Source of the DNA: a virus
Lineage: Duplodnaviria; Caudoviricetes
IMG/VR virus record: IMGVR_UViG_3300029288_000120
Location: 29,209 to 93,208 of that record
DNA: 64,000 bases
Reading direction: 5' to 3' (one strand)
Both the position numbers and the translations under genes were made by a program. Below the pieces are notes generated by a model. That model ran no database searches. It saw nothing but the letters and a program-made list of their open reading frames with translations, and was not told the DNA's origin. This document shows, piece after piece, positions 18,753 through 28,214 of the stretch; position 1 is the first letter of the stretch; each line of letters starts with the position of its first letter.

Positions 18753-18956
18753 ATGGATCATGTATTCGAAGCACTGCGAGCCATGGCTTGGGAGAGGGCC
18801 AAGGGGGAATTGCGATCAATATCACAGATAGGACCAGCTTTTTTCTGTGAGAAAGATGGAATAGTAATGGAGAATGTTAGAAGTAAGGAATTTATGAAGT
18901 TGGTGGATGACTTTATAGAAGCAGTGGAAGATGAAGAACTTTACTCTTACAAATAG
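18753..18956 (+). CDS. hypothetical protein
   Basis: Start revised to MDHVFEAL, directly after the upstream stop. Confidence 0.5.
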   Translation: MDHVFEALRAMAWERAKGELRSISQIGPAFFCEKDGIVMENVRSKEFMKLVDDFIEAVEDEELYSYK

Positions 18957-18983
18957 TCAACAAATTCAATACTGAGAAAAACA

Positions 18984-19262
18984 ATGGTTAGGCGAACTCT
19001 AAAATACATTTGGTTGTTCTTGAGGTTTCTTCCCATACTAAAATGTCCTGTATGCAAGGGAAAGGGAGGATGGTTTGATTATTACCATGAGTGGGATGAG
19101 TGCACTGCCTGCACAACTGATTTTTCAAACAACCAACTTGATAGTTATCTCTGGTTAGTTGATTATTCAGATTCTCGTTTGCTGGGAAGAGTATCGCCTT
19201 GCCAATGGTTTAGAATCAAAAAGCTAGTTGAGAATTACAAAAAGGTAGCAGAAAAGTGGTAG
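18984..19262 (+). CDS. hypothetical protein with CxxCxGxG motif
   Basis: CPVCKGKGG...CTAC. Confidence 0.5.
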   Translation: MVRRTLKYIWLFLRFLPILKCPVCKGKGGWFDYYHEWDECTACTTDFSNNQLDSYLWLVDYSDSRLLGRVSPCQWFRIKKLVENYKKVAEKW

Positions 19263-19292
19263 AGAAGGAAACTAAACCTAAGGAGACTTAAA

Positions 19293-19772
19293 ATGAAAAC
19301 ACAAAGAGATATTGGAACAGCTCGTGTTGTAAAGTTTTGTAACGGACTACACAAAACGCTTTCACCCATCGGTCACGAAGCGGACGATGATGGTTGGGAT
19401 GGGGCACTTGTGGACATTCCAGTAAACACAATAGTCAAACTTTCCATCGAAGAAGAAGTCGAGGAAGCCGAGCCGAAACGCATACTGATCGTGCCGGAAA
19501 ATGTTGTGATTATTCAGGTTGGAACTTACGCTCACATATGTCTGGTTACTGAAAAATTAGGGCTAGCAATTGGTAAGTTTGCCATGGACGGTAGCTGGGA
19601 AGTAAATGGTTTCTCTGGGACGCATCGTGGTAGAGCATTAACAGAATCATCCGCCAAGCAAGCCGCTCTCGAATGTCTTGCAAACATCAACGAGCACGGT
19701 TTCGGCTGGACTGCCGACGGGCAGGTGGACTTGTTGAAGAAGTTGACGAAGGAGGAGGTTAAAAATGGATGA
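19293..19772 (+). CDS. hypothetical protein
   Basis: AAGGAG RBS. Confidence 0.6.
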   Translation: MKTQRDIGTARVVKFCNGLHKTLSPIGHEADDDGWDGALVDIPVNTIVKLSIEEEVEEAEPKRILIVPENVVIIQVGTYAHICLVTEKLGLAIGKFAMDGSWEVNGFSGTHRGRALTESSAKQAALECLANINEHGFGWTADGQVDLLKKLTKEEVKNG

Positions 19773-19974
19773 TAAGAAAACACTCATTATTGCTATCAAT
19801 TACAAAGCAGCGAGAAAATGGGCACGCCGTGAGAAAGTGCATGATTGGGAATTTATCAGCCGACCAGAACAACTAGTTGGGCTATCCTGTAAGGATTTTC
19901 ATTGGGTTGCTATGTATGGCTGGTGGGATAATCCCGCGGCCGAAGAATGGGAAAGGTGGATTGCAAATGGCTGA
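19765..19974 (+). CDS. hypothetical protein
   Basis: GGAGG RBS, overlapping start. Confidence 0.55.
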   Translation: MDDKKTLIIAINYKAARKWARREKVHDWEFISRPEQLVGLSCKDFHWVAMYGWWDNPAAEEWERWIANG

Positions 19975-20155
19975 ACAAAAAGAATGCTGCGGCAAGTGCC
20001 GATTTTGGTTAGAGAAGATTCCAAATTCAACCGATAACTGGCCTGGCACTTGCCGCAGATTTCCACCAGATATGTGGTGCAGTTCTGCGAGTGACGAATG
20101 GTGTGGTGAATATGAGCCGGTGAAGGAAAAGGAAAGCGAGGCAAGCAATGTCTAA
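19967..20155 (+). CDS. small Cys-rich phage protein
   Basis: CGKCRFW...CRRFPP...WCGE motif; start revised from 19877. Confidence 0.6.
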   Translation: MAEQKECCGKCRFWLEKIPNSTDNWPGTCRRFPPDMWCSSASDEWCGEYEPVKEKESEASNV

Positions 20156-20453
20156 GTGTTTGCGATGTGGTGCAGGATCAGACTGGATTGAAGGGAAGGT
20201 GCCTGCAAAACCTAGGGATGACGAGATATTTGACTTACGTAATGAAGTGGAGCGACTGCGAACGATCATTACAGAACTGAGAATTATTCTTGATAATGAT
20301 TGGGATAAACACAATCCAAACAAACCAACTCCAGATTGGGAAATGATTGCTCTATCAGCAGCTGATATTAAGAGTGGAAGATATCAATTACTTGATGAGT
20401 TTATTGGTAAGTTAAAAATTGAAGACTCTGAAGTGTCGAGAAAGGAAGGATAG
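20148..20453 (+). CDS. hypothetical protein
   Basis: Overlapping operon ORF. Confidence 0.55.
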   Translation: MSKCLRCGAGSDWIEGKVPAKPRDDEIFDLRNEVERLRTIITELRIILDNDWDKHNPNKPTPDWEMIALSAADIKSGRYQLLDEFIGKLKIEDSEVSRKEG

Positions 20454-20455
20454 CA

Positions 20456-20908
20456 ATGTCAGTAATTTCTGAGTATACGGTCCAAGAACGGGGAGACCAA
20501 AACTATTTTGTTCCTAATTCAGAATTGGATGGAAACGCCAGAGGTTGTATAGGTATACACTCAGCAAGCGATTTTCCTATTGGAACCAAGATAGTAATCA
20601 CTGCCATCGAGCCGGAAATGCAAATCGTGATGCCAGAGGGAATGCGATGGATAGAAAATGAAAACTGTAATAAGATTTTGTGTACAAAAGATGGTGCAGC
20701 AATTGCTCGTGTGTGTCGTGATGGAAATCCTAATTATAGTGAACCCAGAACATTCCAGTGGAAACTTCTAGAAGAGCAAAATTCACAAGTAGAAGGACAA
20801 CAGGCTATACTAGAGTTGTTTGCAGAAAAAGGTTGGTATGGTGTTCGCCATAAGTATGCGAACAAGAAAGAAAAACAACTTCCCCCCACGATACCAACAA
20901 TTTACTAA
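20456..20908 (+). CDS. hypothetical protein
   Basis: Packed ORF with RBS. Confidence 0.55.
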   Translation: MSVISEYTVQERGDQNYFVPNSELDGNARGCIGIHSASDFPIGTKIVITAIEPEMQIVMPEGMRWIENENCNKILCTKDGAAIARVCRDGNPNYSEPRTFQWKLLEEQNSQVEGQQAILELFAEKGWYGVRHKYANKKEKQLPPTIPTIY

Positions 20909-20927
20909 ACAGAAAGGGAGATCAATA

Positions 20928-21257
20928 ATGTCAGTTTACGTCGATGAACTGCACATTGTTCTTCCTGGAACTAAGCAGAATTTCAAATACCCAGAATCCT
21001 GTCACCTCATGGCAGATTCAGAAAAAGAGTTAGAAGATTTTGCTAAGAAACTTGGTCTGAGAAAGGCTTGGAAACATGAGGACCATTATGATCTCACGCA
21101 AAACAAGAGACAGAAGGCAATCAAGCTTGGAGCTATTGAAACTACATCCAGAGAACTTGCTAAGAAAAGAAGAGTGAAAGCACTAGCAGTTAGTCAGACT
21201 GAAGGATATGTTATTGACTTTAATGCACCTGTTCTCATCAAAAGAATGGGAGAGTGA
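20928..21257 (+). CDS. DUF4031-like protein
   Basis: MSVYVDE...CHLMADSEKELEDFAKKLGL..AW...HYDLT; start revised from 20820. Confidence 0.75.
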   Translation: MSVYVDELHIVLPGTKQNFKYPESCHLMADSEKELEDFAKKLGLRKAWKHEDHYDLTQNKRQKAIKLGAIETTSRELAKKRRVKALAVSQTEGYVIDFNAPVLIKRMGE

Positions 21258-21520
21258 GGCTGAAAATGGGTGATATTAAATGCGTAGAAGACAACATAAC
21301 CACAGTTGGTCAGTTAAGGGAATACCTTAAACAATTTCCAGATGATTTGGCGATTGGTGGCAGTGATGACCAGCAAAGACTTGATTACTGCCATTTAAGT
21401 TTTTACTTATCTGATAGGAGTAAAGATACCATAGAGGAGTTTAATCCTGATGATCCACTACTAAATGAGTGGTGGGAAGGTCCTCCTCCTATTAAAGTGT
21501 TGGTAATAGATACAGAATAA
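21254..21520 (+). CDS. hypothetical protein
   Basis: TVGQLREYLKQFPDDL, a common phage motif. Confidence 0.55.
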   Translation: MRLKMGDIKCVEDNITTVGQLREYLKQFPDDLAIGGSDDQQRLDYCHLSFYLSDRSKDTIEEFNPDDPLLNEWWEGPPPIKVLVIDTE

Positions 21521-21550
21521 CAATCTTTATAATAGCAGGATATAATAGGG

Positions 21551-21919
21551 TTGCCCCTATCAATGCCAGAACAAATAGATTGGAGAATAGAATCAATGTA
21601 CTCTGAAGATTACCTCACTGAATTGAAGGCCGGTGGTGATTTGCTAAAACAACTAAAGGTACTTGCAGCAGAGTATACTGGTCCTTGTTCCCAAAGCATG
21701 CTCGTGATGCAGGCAAATCAAATAAAGAGACAAGCATTACTAGATGCAGTTAGCAAAATTGAGGTACTACAAACTGATTTAACAGAAGCAATAACTTGTC
21801 TTCGCTTGCTTGACCAAGCAGGGGCTATTCCCCAACTAGACTCTTTGCCTAAGAAGACAGTAACAGCCATTGGTGGAGTTACACGAATGACAAGGACATT
21901 GCTTTCTAGATACATATAA
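21551..21919 (+). CDS. hypothetical protein
   Basis: ORF after TATAAT; start uncertain. Confidence 0.5.
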   Translation: MPLSMPEQIDWRIESMYSEDYLTELKAGGDLLKQLKVLAAEYTGPCSQSMLVMQANQIKRQALLDAVSKIEVLQTDLTEAITCLRLLDQAGAIPQLDSLPKKTVTAIGGVTRMTRTLLSRYI

Positions 21920-21926
21920 TAAGAAT

Positions 21927-23297
21927 ATGAGCGATATAAAACCATTCAAGTTCCAAAAAGAATGTATTGAAGAACTAGAAAGGTTTAACGGCAGGGCTTT
22001 GTTAAGTGCAGATATGGGTCTAGGTAAGACCCTAATGTCCCTGTGGTCTCTGCAGAAGAACCTTAGCAGAGCCCTGCCAATCATTGTTGTTTGCCCCGCA
22101 TCCATAAAATATCAGTGGAGAGGAGAAATATGGAGATGCCTTGAAATAAAGGCGTTCGTAGCAGAGGGCAGGAAGGCCACAAGGAAACAAACAAATCCCA
22201 AGGTTATAGTAATCAACTATGACATTCTTAAAGATTGGTTACCTTGGTTAAGATCTAAGAAACCAGGTTCTGTAATACTGGACGAGTGCCAGTTCATTTC
22301 CAATCACAATACTCTACGCACCAAAGCAGTAAAGGCTCTTTGTCTTGGTGTGAATCATATCATTGCCCTTTCTGGCACACCCATGATGAACCGTCCTATG
22401 GAATTGTTTACAGTACTCAATATCTTGAAACCTGTTACTTTTTCCAGTCGTTGGTCTTACGGAATGAAATACTGTGATGGCAAAAAGAATCGCTGGGGAT
22501 GGGAATTCAAAGGAGCAACACGAGTAGAAGAGTTAAATGACTTATTGTTGAAGACCTGTATGGTACGTAGAAGAAAATCAGAAGTATTGAGTGAGTTACC
22601 CAACAAGATGAGGCAAGTGGTACCGTTCAAGTTGGATAATATATCTGAGTACCAAAATGCCGATGATGATTTTATGGGTTGGTTAGAAAAGAGAGATCCA
22701 GAAGCTGTGTATAGAGCAGAACGAGCACAAACACTTGTGAAGGTTGGGTACTTACTACGACTTGCTGCTGAGTTGAAATTGAAGTATACCATTCAATGGA
22801 TAAACGACTTTCTGGAATCCACTGATAGAAAAATAGTAGTATTCACCAAGCATAGAAATATGCTAGCTGAGTTGAGAAGTGGTATTAAGTATGTGTCTGT
22901 TACAGTTGCTGGGGGTATGAATGCTATCAAGAAGAATCAGGCAGCAAAAGCTTTTCAAACAGATGAGAACATCAGAGTGTTCTTGGGAAATATAGAGGCA
23001 GCAGGAATAGGTTTGAATCTAACAGCAGCATCTGATGTTGTCTTTGCTGAAATGGCTTGGCGACCTACAGATCATACACAAGCTGAAGATCGCTGCCATA
23101 GAATAGGGCAGACAGATACAGTATGGGCACATTATTTGATTGCAGAAGATACAATAGAGGAAAAGCTCTGCAAGATCATCCAGGACAAGCAGAGTGTCAT
23201 TTCTGACATACTGGATGGCAGGAAGATGGAAGGAGACCTGGATGTGTTTGATAGATTGATGAGATCAATTACGAAAGGAAAAGGATTGATAAAATGA
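21927..23297 (+). CDS. SNF2-family (HARP/SMARCAL1-like) helicase
   Basis: ADMGLGKT, VCPAS, ILDECQ, LSGTP, GIGLNLT and QAEDRCHRIGQ motifs. Confidence 0.92.
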   Translation: MSDIKPFKFQKECIEELERFNGRALLSADMGLGKTLMSLWSLQKNLSRALPIIVVCPASIKYQWRGEIWRCLEIKAFVAEGRKATRKQTNPKVIVINYDILKDWLPWLRSKKPGSVILDECQFISNHNTLRTKAVKALCLGVNHIIALSGTPMMNRPMELFTVLNILKPVTFSSRWSYGMKYCDGKKNRWGWEFKGATRVEELNDLLLKTCMVRRRKSEVLSELPNKMRQVVPFKLDNISEYQNADDDFMGWLEKRDPEAVYRAERAQTLVKVGYLLRLAAELKLKYTIQWINDFLESTDRKIVVFTKHRNMLAELRSGIKYVSVTVAGGMNAIKKNQAAKAFQTDENIRVFLGNIEAAGIGLNLTAASDVVFAEMAWRPTDHTQAEDRCHRIGQTDTVWAHYLIAEDTIEEKLCKIIQDKQSVISDILDGRKMEGDLDVFDRLMRSITKGKGLIK

Positions 23298-23554
23298 TTC
23301 CAGTAACACAGTTTCTTAGAGCAGATGGAATTAGAAGAAACTTACAGATAAAACTTTCACAGGATTATGAGAAGAAGGCAGCAAAAATAATTGAAGATGG
23401 CTGTTGCTTTGAGTGTGAAGTGTTGAATACACTTGAAGTATCTTTTTCTATATCCGATGGAGAAGGGGATATCTACATCGCAGTAGCAAGAAAACAACCA
23501 AAGGCTCTTGAAGCATTGGAAAAAATAATAGATGACTACTTTGCAGATGAGTAA
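23294..23554 (+). CDS. hypothetical protein
   Basis: ATGA overlap with the helicase gene. Confidence 0.6.
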   Translation: MIPVTQFLRADGIRRNLQIKLSQDYEKKAAKIIEDGCCFECEVLNTLEVSFSISDGEGDIYIAVARKQPKALEALEKIIDDYFADE

Positions 23555-23559
23555 TTGCT

Positions 23560-24438
23560 ATGGACATAACCGAGATTCTTGCAGAGAGTAATATAGAGTA
23601 CAAAGAGGCAGGTGCCCACCATCATACCCGACCGGGATGGGTAAACATTGATTGTCCAATGTGTGGTAGGGGATCAGGTAAATTCCATTTGGGTATAAAC
23701 ATCTCTCATGGTTATGCCAACTGTTGGAAGTGTGGACCTATCTCTCTCTTTACTATACTAAGGGAATTGACCAGTGCTTCTTATGAAGAGATAAAGGAAG
23801 TAACAAGGGGCTATCATGGAAGAGTAGAGAAGGGCAAGAAGAAAACAGGCAAGTTAAAGATTCCTGATAACCTCACACCTTTATCAAAACAAGCTATAGA
23901 GTATCTTGTTAGTAGAAACTTCAATCCCAAAACCATAGAGAGATTGTGGCAGGTAAGATCAACAGGTTGCATAGGTCGTCTGCAATGGAGGATATGGATA
24001 CCCATATACTATCAAGGACAAGTGGTAAGCTGGACAACAAGGGCTATAGGCAATGATTCTACCAGGTATGTTACAGCTAAGCCAGAAGAGGAAAGCATGT
24101 TCCACAAGCACCTGTTGTATGGTGAGGATTATGTGAGGCATTCGATTGTAGTTACTGAGGGACCCCTTGATGTATGGGCCCTCGGCCCCGGGGCTGTTTG
24201 CACGTTTGGGCTAAATTTTTCGATTGAACAGGTGGAAAAGATATCCAAATATGCAGTTCGCACTATATGCTTTGACGCCGACAATGATCCCAAAACGCAG
24301 CAGAGGGCTAGTATGTTGTCAAAACAATTGGAGCCGTTCCCTGGTGTCACAAACGTCGTTAAATTGGAGTCTGGCAAGGATCTGGCTGAGTGTGCAGGGT
24401 GGGAATTGAATGATATTCGCAGATTATATTTAATATAG
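23560..24438 (+). CDS. DNA primase (Zn finger + TOPRIM)
   Basis: CPMC...CWKC; VTEGPLDV; CFDAD; KDLAE. Confidence 0.88.
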   Translation: MDITEILAESNIEYKEAGAHHHTRPGWVNIDCPMCGRGSGKFHLGINISHGYANCWKCGPISLFTILRELTSASYEEIKEVTRGYHGRVEKGKKKTGKLKIPDNLTPLSKQAIEYLVSRNFNPKTIERLWQVRSTGCIGRLQWRIWIPIYYQGQVVSWTTRAIGNDSTRYVTAKPEEESMFHKHLLYGEDYVRHSIVVTEGPLDVWALGPGAVCTFGLNFSIEQVEKISKYAVRTICFDADNDPKTQQRASMLSKQLEPFPGVTNVVKLESGKDLAECAGWELNDIRRLYLI

Positions 24439-24545
24439 AATATTTAATATGTGATATTTAATACATTAAATATTCTAAAAAATCCCTATTTGGACTACTT
24501 TTTATTTGACTATAATAAGAGGAGATTTGAAAAACAAAAGGCGTT

Positions 24546-24680
24546 GTGGCACTCAATGTCTTTCCAAAAACATGAAGCAAGCCAATGCTATTATCTTTTG
24601 AAATTATGATTACTTGCTGGCTGTTTTTGGAAAGCCACTTGACCCACCCCGGTGCCAAAATGGGGTGGGTTTCTTTTTCC
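24546..24680 (+). promoter_or_regulatory. structured leader ending in an intrinsic terminator upstream of the initiator operon
   Basis: TATAAT at 24511; 13-bp stem 24560-24572/24622-24634; ACCCACCCC/GGGGTGGGT hairpin followed by TTCTTTTT. Confidence 0.55.
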
Positions 24681-24689
24681 GTATAGCAT

Positions 24690-25280
24690 ATGGGCATAAA
24701 TATGATAGATGACTACAACTCTTTTACAATTGAAGGATATGGTGTATCTGCCAGGATACACAATCTATTCAAGAATGGTGTTATCAACTCAAAGGAAATG
24801 ATGCTTCTCGCTCTGGTAGATTCCTATACTAGCGAGGATGAAGATGATGAGCGTGAAGAATACTTGTGTATAGATGCTTGCCTACTGGCAGATTTTCTTG
24901 GCATTTCCGAAGCCAGAACACATAAAAGCATACGTCATCTCATAAGGCTACACTTACTACAAGTGTTACAAGATGAGGATGACGATCTCTGCCTCAAGGT
25001 ATTAGATCCCAAGCAGAAGGGAATTGGTTTGTGGATATCTGAGTATGCCATGAGGAGGTTTTATGATGGTGATGTAAATCTAAGGGAGGCTGCAATGCTT
25101 TCAATCATTGAAGACTTTACAATGGAGAACAGAGAATGCCCCATTTCTAACAGTGAGTTTGCTCAAAGACTGAGAGCATCCATCCCCTCAGTACAGGTTA
25201 TGTTACAACACTTGCAAAAGCAGGGTCTAGTTGAGAGAATTAGATATGATGGAAAAATTCGTTATCTAAAAATTTGTTAA
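24690..25280 (+). CDS. tandem winged-HTH protein related to the initiator N-terminus
   Basis: Two copies of the G.IN.KE.MLL...C....A..L..S module. Confidence 0.6.
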   Translation: MGINMIDDYNSFTIEGYGVSARIHNLFKNGVINSKEMMLLALVDSYTSEDEDDEREEYLCIDACLLADFLGISEARTHKSIRHLIRLHLLQVLQDEDDDLCLKVLDPKQKGIGLWISEYAMRRFYDGDVNLREAAMLSIIEDFTMENRECPISNSEFAQRLRASIPSVQVMLQHLQKQGLVERIRYDGKIRYLKIC

Positions 25281-25309
25281 TTTCAAGTTCTAATCAAAAG
25301 GATAAGAAA

Positions 25310-26344
25310 ATGGCTAAAGAAAAAGAATGTGGTATTTGGATCTCACCCACTGTAAGAAAATTGATGAAAATGAAAATCATCAATTGCATGGAAGGTTTGT
25401 TGCTAGCACATATTGAGTACCTAGAAAACGGAGAAGGTTGCTTTGCTTCCAACAGTTACTACTCAGAAGAATTGGGTATTAGCACCACTTGGGTGAGTGT
25501 AACAATTGCTAAATTGAGGAAGAAAAAATTGATAGTACAGACTGGACCAAACAACAAAAAAAGGCACTTGAAAGTGTGTTTTTCTGGGGTGGAATGCTTT
25601 GAAGTACCCTTAAAGGCCCGCTTTGAAGTACCCTTAAAGGCCCGCTTTGAAGTACCCTTAAAGGCCTATAATAATAAAGAGAATGAATATAGAGAAATAA
25701 AAGATAAATTTATTGACATAAATTTATGTCCGGCTGAAAGCCAGACACTTGCTGAAGAAACTTCTGAAATACTTAATGGAGGAGATGATACAGTGAAGAA
25801 ATTAAGTAAGGCCATTTCAAGTAATCAAACTGGTTTTGGTTTAGTTGATAATACCAAAAAGAAGTCATCCACCAAAAAATCAGAATTCCCATTATCTGAG
25901 TTTGATAAAGAGCAAGGAGTTGAGTTAAGAACTATTTTAGTAGAGCAAGGTTCAGATTTGGTCACTACAGGTTATAAAGCATCACCAGGAAAATGTAAGA
26001 AAGGCAGTAAAAGACCAAAAAGAAACTATTCAAAGGCAGTTACCCCAGAGACATTGGCAGAGAACTTTTACTTACTAAGAAAGGAGAGAAATGTTTCTGA
26101 GAAAGAGATAATGGAAGTAATGGAATTCCTTTCCAGAGAATCCAATGGTCAATTTACTCCCAAAGTGTATGCCGCTATGGATCTGTACAATAAGTGGGAA
26201 AGGTTTAGAGATGCTGTGAAGAGATCAGAAGATAGGGAGTTATGTGGAAGTGGAAGTTCCCCAAGAAATAATGCAGTAGGAATGCTTAAGCGGGCTGGAT
26301 TTTCTAGAGAGGAGATACATGAGTATGTCTACGGGAAAAACTAA
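25310..26344 (+). CDS. phage replication initiator (N-terminal wHTH, internal iterons)
   Basis: CFASNSYYSEELGISTTWVSVTIAKLRKKKLI HTH; FEVPLKAR x3; lies upstream of loader and helicase. Confidence 0.7.
   Translation: MAKEKECGIWISPTVRKLMKMKIINCMEGLLLAHIEYLENGEGCFASNSYYSEELGISTTWVSVTIAKLRKKKLIVQTGPNNKKRHLKVCFSGVECFEVPLKARFEVPLKARFEVPLKAYNNKENEYREIKDKFIDINLCPAESQTLAEETSEILNGGDDTVKKLSKAISSNQTGFGLVDNTKKKSSTKKSEFPLSEFDKEQGVELRTILVEQGSDLVTTGYKASPGKCKKGSKRPKRNYSKAVTPETLAENFYLLRKERNVSEKEIMEVMEFLSRESNGQFTPKVYAAMDLYNKWERFRDAVKRSEDRELCGSGSSPRNNAVGMLKRAGFSREEIHEYVYGKN
25596..25666 (+). repeat. 3 x 24-bp tandem repeat (putative origin iterons)
   Basis: GCTTTGAAGTACCCTTAAAGGCCC x3, followed by an AT-rich tract and the palindrome GACATAAATTTATGTC (25715-25730). 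Confidence 0.8.
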
Positions 26345-26690
26345 GAAGAAACTGTTAATTGGTTTGGCTGAGTGTTATGGCAAGAATTTTTCAGAAAATG
26401 CTTTGGAAATAATGCTAGATGCTCTAGATGATGTTAGTGAAGAAGAGTTTCAGATAGCAACAAAAAGAGCACAAAGAAAATCAAAGTGGATGCCAACAGT
26501 AGCACAACTCAGGCAGATAGTAAAGAGGCATAGATTCAATGTGGGAGAAAAGATAATACCTGAGATAAGAAGAAGATTGGAAAAGGTAGGGGAGTATCAG
26601 ATAGGGGAACAAACATGGCAGGAAGATGTGGATAGGGTGTTGGCCGAGATGGGCTACAGTGAAGGTTATGTTGACTCTAATAGGGTGTAG
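26319..26690 (+). CDS. helicase loader/inhibitor-like protein (G39P-like)
   Basis: KWMPTVAQLR motif; lies between initiator and helicase. Confidence 0.5.
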   Translation: MSMSTGKTKKKLLIGLAECYGKNFSENALEIMLDALDDVSEEEFQIATKRAQRKSKWMPTVAQLRQIVKRHRFNVGEKIIPEIRRRLEKVGEYQIGEQTWQEDVDRVLAEMGYSEGYVDSNRV

Positions 26691-26725
26691 TTTCAAGGAT
26701 AAGATAGAGATGCTAGTAGGATATT

Positions 26726-28099
26726 ATGAAAGTCAAGTCATACGAAGGATCGGAGACAAGGAAAATCTTGTCGGCCATGATAACAAACCCTACTGTGTGT
26801 GCAAGGGTAGCAAGTCAGTGGAAAAAAGAAGGGCTGTTCAATTCCAAGTGGGCAGATTTAGTAGGGGGTTGGTGTGTTAAACATTTCAATAAGTATGGGG
26901 AACCACCAAATGGTCAACTCAAGGTTATATTCGATAAATGGGCAGACTCAACCAAGTCAGATGAATCTACCGTTAGACTTGTCTCTAGTTTCCTGGAAGA
27001 GACCTCCAATGAGTATGACCGAGAAAAGGTTCAGGAATCAACAGAGTTTCTCCTTGACCGTGCCGGTGAGTTATTTAATAAGCAAAGAATGCAAAAGGCC
27101 ATCGAGGATGCTGAGTATGAGTTAGGGCAATCCAACACTTCCAAAGCCAGAGACTTTTTAGCAAACGGAATCGAAAAAGTAGAGCTAGGAGAAGGGGCTC
27201 TCATAAAACCGGGTGAAGATTATGAGATATGGAGGGAAGCTTTTGATAAGGAAGAGACAGAACAACTTATAAGATATCCAGGGAAGGCAAATGACTTCAT
27301 TGGATCTGCAATGGTTCGTGACAGTTTGGTTTCCTTTATGGGACCAGATAAAAGTGGTAAAAGTATGTTCCTTTTAGATGCAGCTTGTAGAGCTACAAGA
27401 AACAATAGAAGAGTAGCATACTTTGAAGCAGGGGATATGAGTCAAAACCAAGTCATGCTAAGGCTGGGCCAGAGGGTGTGCAGAATGCCCAAGAAAAAAG
27501 GTAGGGTAAACATCCCCACTGATTTTGAGGATGGTAAGGTATCATGGAAGAGCAAATTGTTTGAAGAGGTGGTTACACCACAGAGAGCATTCAAAGAGTT
27601 TAAGAGATTTAGCAAGAACAAGGATCTTTTCAGGCTGAGTTGTTATCCTAACAGCACAATTGATGTTACCATGATTAACAGTGCAGTATCTGGGTGGGCG
27701 AGGGAGGGCTGGGTGGCTGACGTTGTTATAGTTGATTATGCAGATATACTTGCACCCCCACCCATGGTAAGGGATCCATTGGATCAAATTGACACAACTT
27801 GGAAAATGCTTAGGAGAACTAGTCAGGAATTACATTGTTTGGTACTGACAGCTACACAAGCAAGTGCTAGTGCTTACATGGCTAAGGGGTTACTGGGAAA
27901 GAGACATTTTTCAGGTAGAAAGACAAAGTTAGCTCACGTAAATGGTATGATAGGTATAAATGTCTCCGAGTATGACAAGAAAAAAGGTATTAGTAAGCTT
28001 AACTGGATTGTGAAGCGAGATGGTTTTTACATGGAGAACCGGTACGTAACTGTAGTGGGTAGTTTGAAGATCTGTAACCCTTGCATTGTTAGTGGATAA
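26726..28099 (+). CDS. DnaB-like replicative helicase
   Basis: GPDKSGKS Walker A, VVIVDYADIL and LTATQ motifs. Confidence 0.85.
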   Translation: MKVKSYEGSETRKILSAMITNPTVCARVASQWKKEGLFNSKWADLVGGWCVKHFNKYGEPPNGQLKVIFDKWADSTKSDESTVRLVSSFLEETSNEYDREKVQESTEFLLDRAGELFNKQRMQKAIEDAEYELGQSNTSKARDFLANGIEKVELGEGALIKPGEDYEIWREAFDKEETEQLIRYPGKANDFIGSAMVRDSLVSFMGPDKSGKSMFLLDAACRATRNNRRVAYFEAGDMSQNQVMLRLGQRVCRMPKKKGRVNIPTDFEDGKVSWKSKLFEEVVTPQRAFKEFKRFSKNKDLFRLSCYPNSTIDVTMINSAVSGWAREGWVADVVIVDYADILAPPPMVRDPLDQIDTTWKMLRRTSQELHCLVLTATQASASAYMAKGLLGKRHFSGRKTKLAHVNGMIGINVSEYDKKKGISKLNWIVKRDGFYMENRYVTVVGSLKICNPCIVSG

Positions 28100-28125
28100 A
28101 ATTTACCAAAATTTTTGTACCCCCC

Positions 28126-28154
28126 TTGGTAATTTTGTTTTGGTGGTATATAAT
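28126..28154 (+). promoter_or_regulatory. sigma70-type promoter
   Basis: TTGGTA-N17-TATAAT. Confidence 0.5.
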
Positions 28155-28214
28155 AGGTATGTGAAGAGGGCGTAATGCCCAAGTTTATTAACACTTTTTA
28201 CTTTTAGGAGAACT

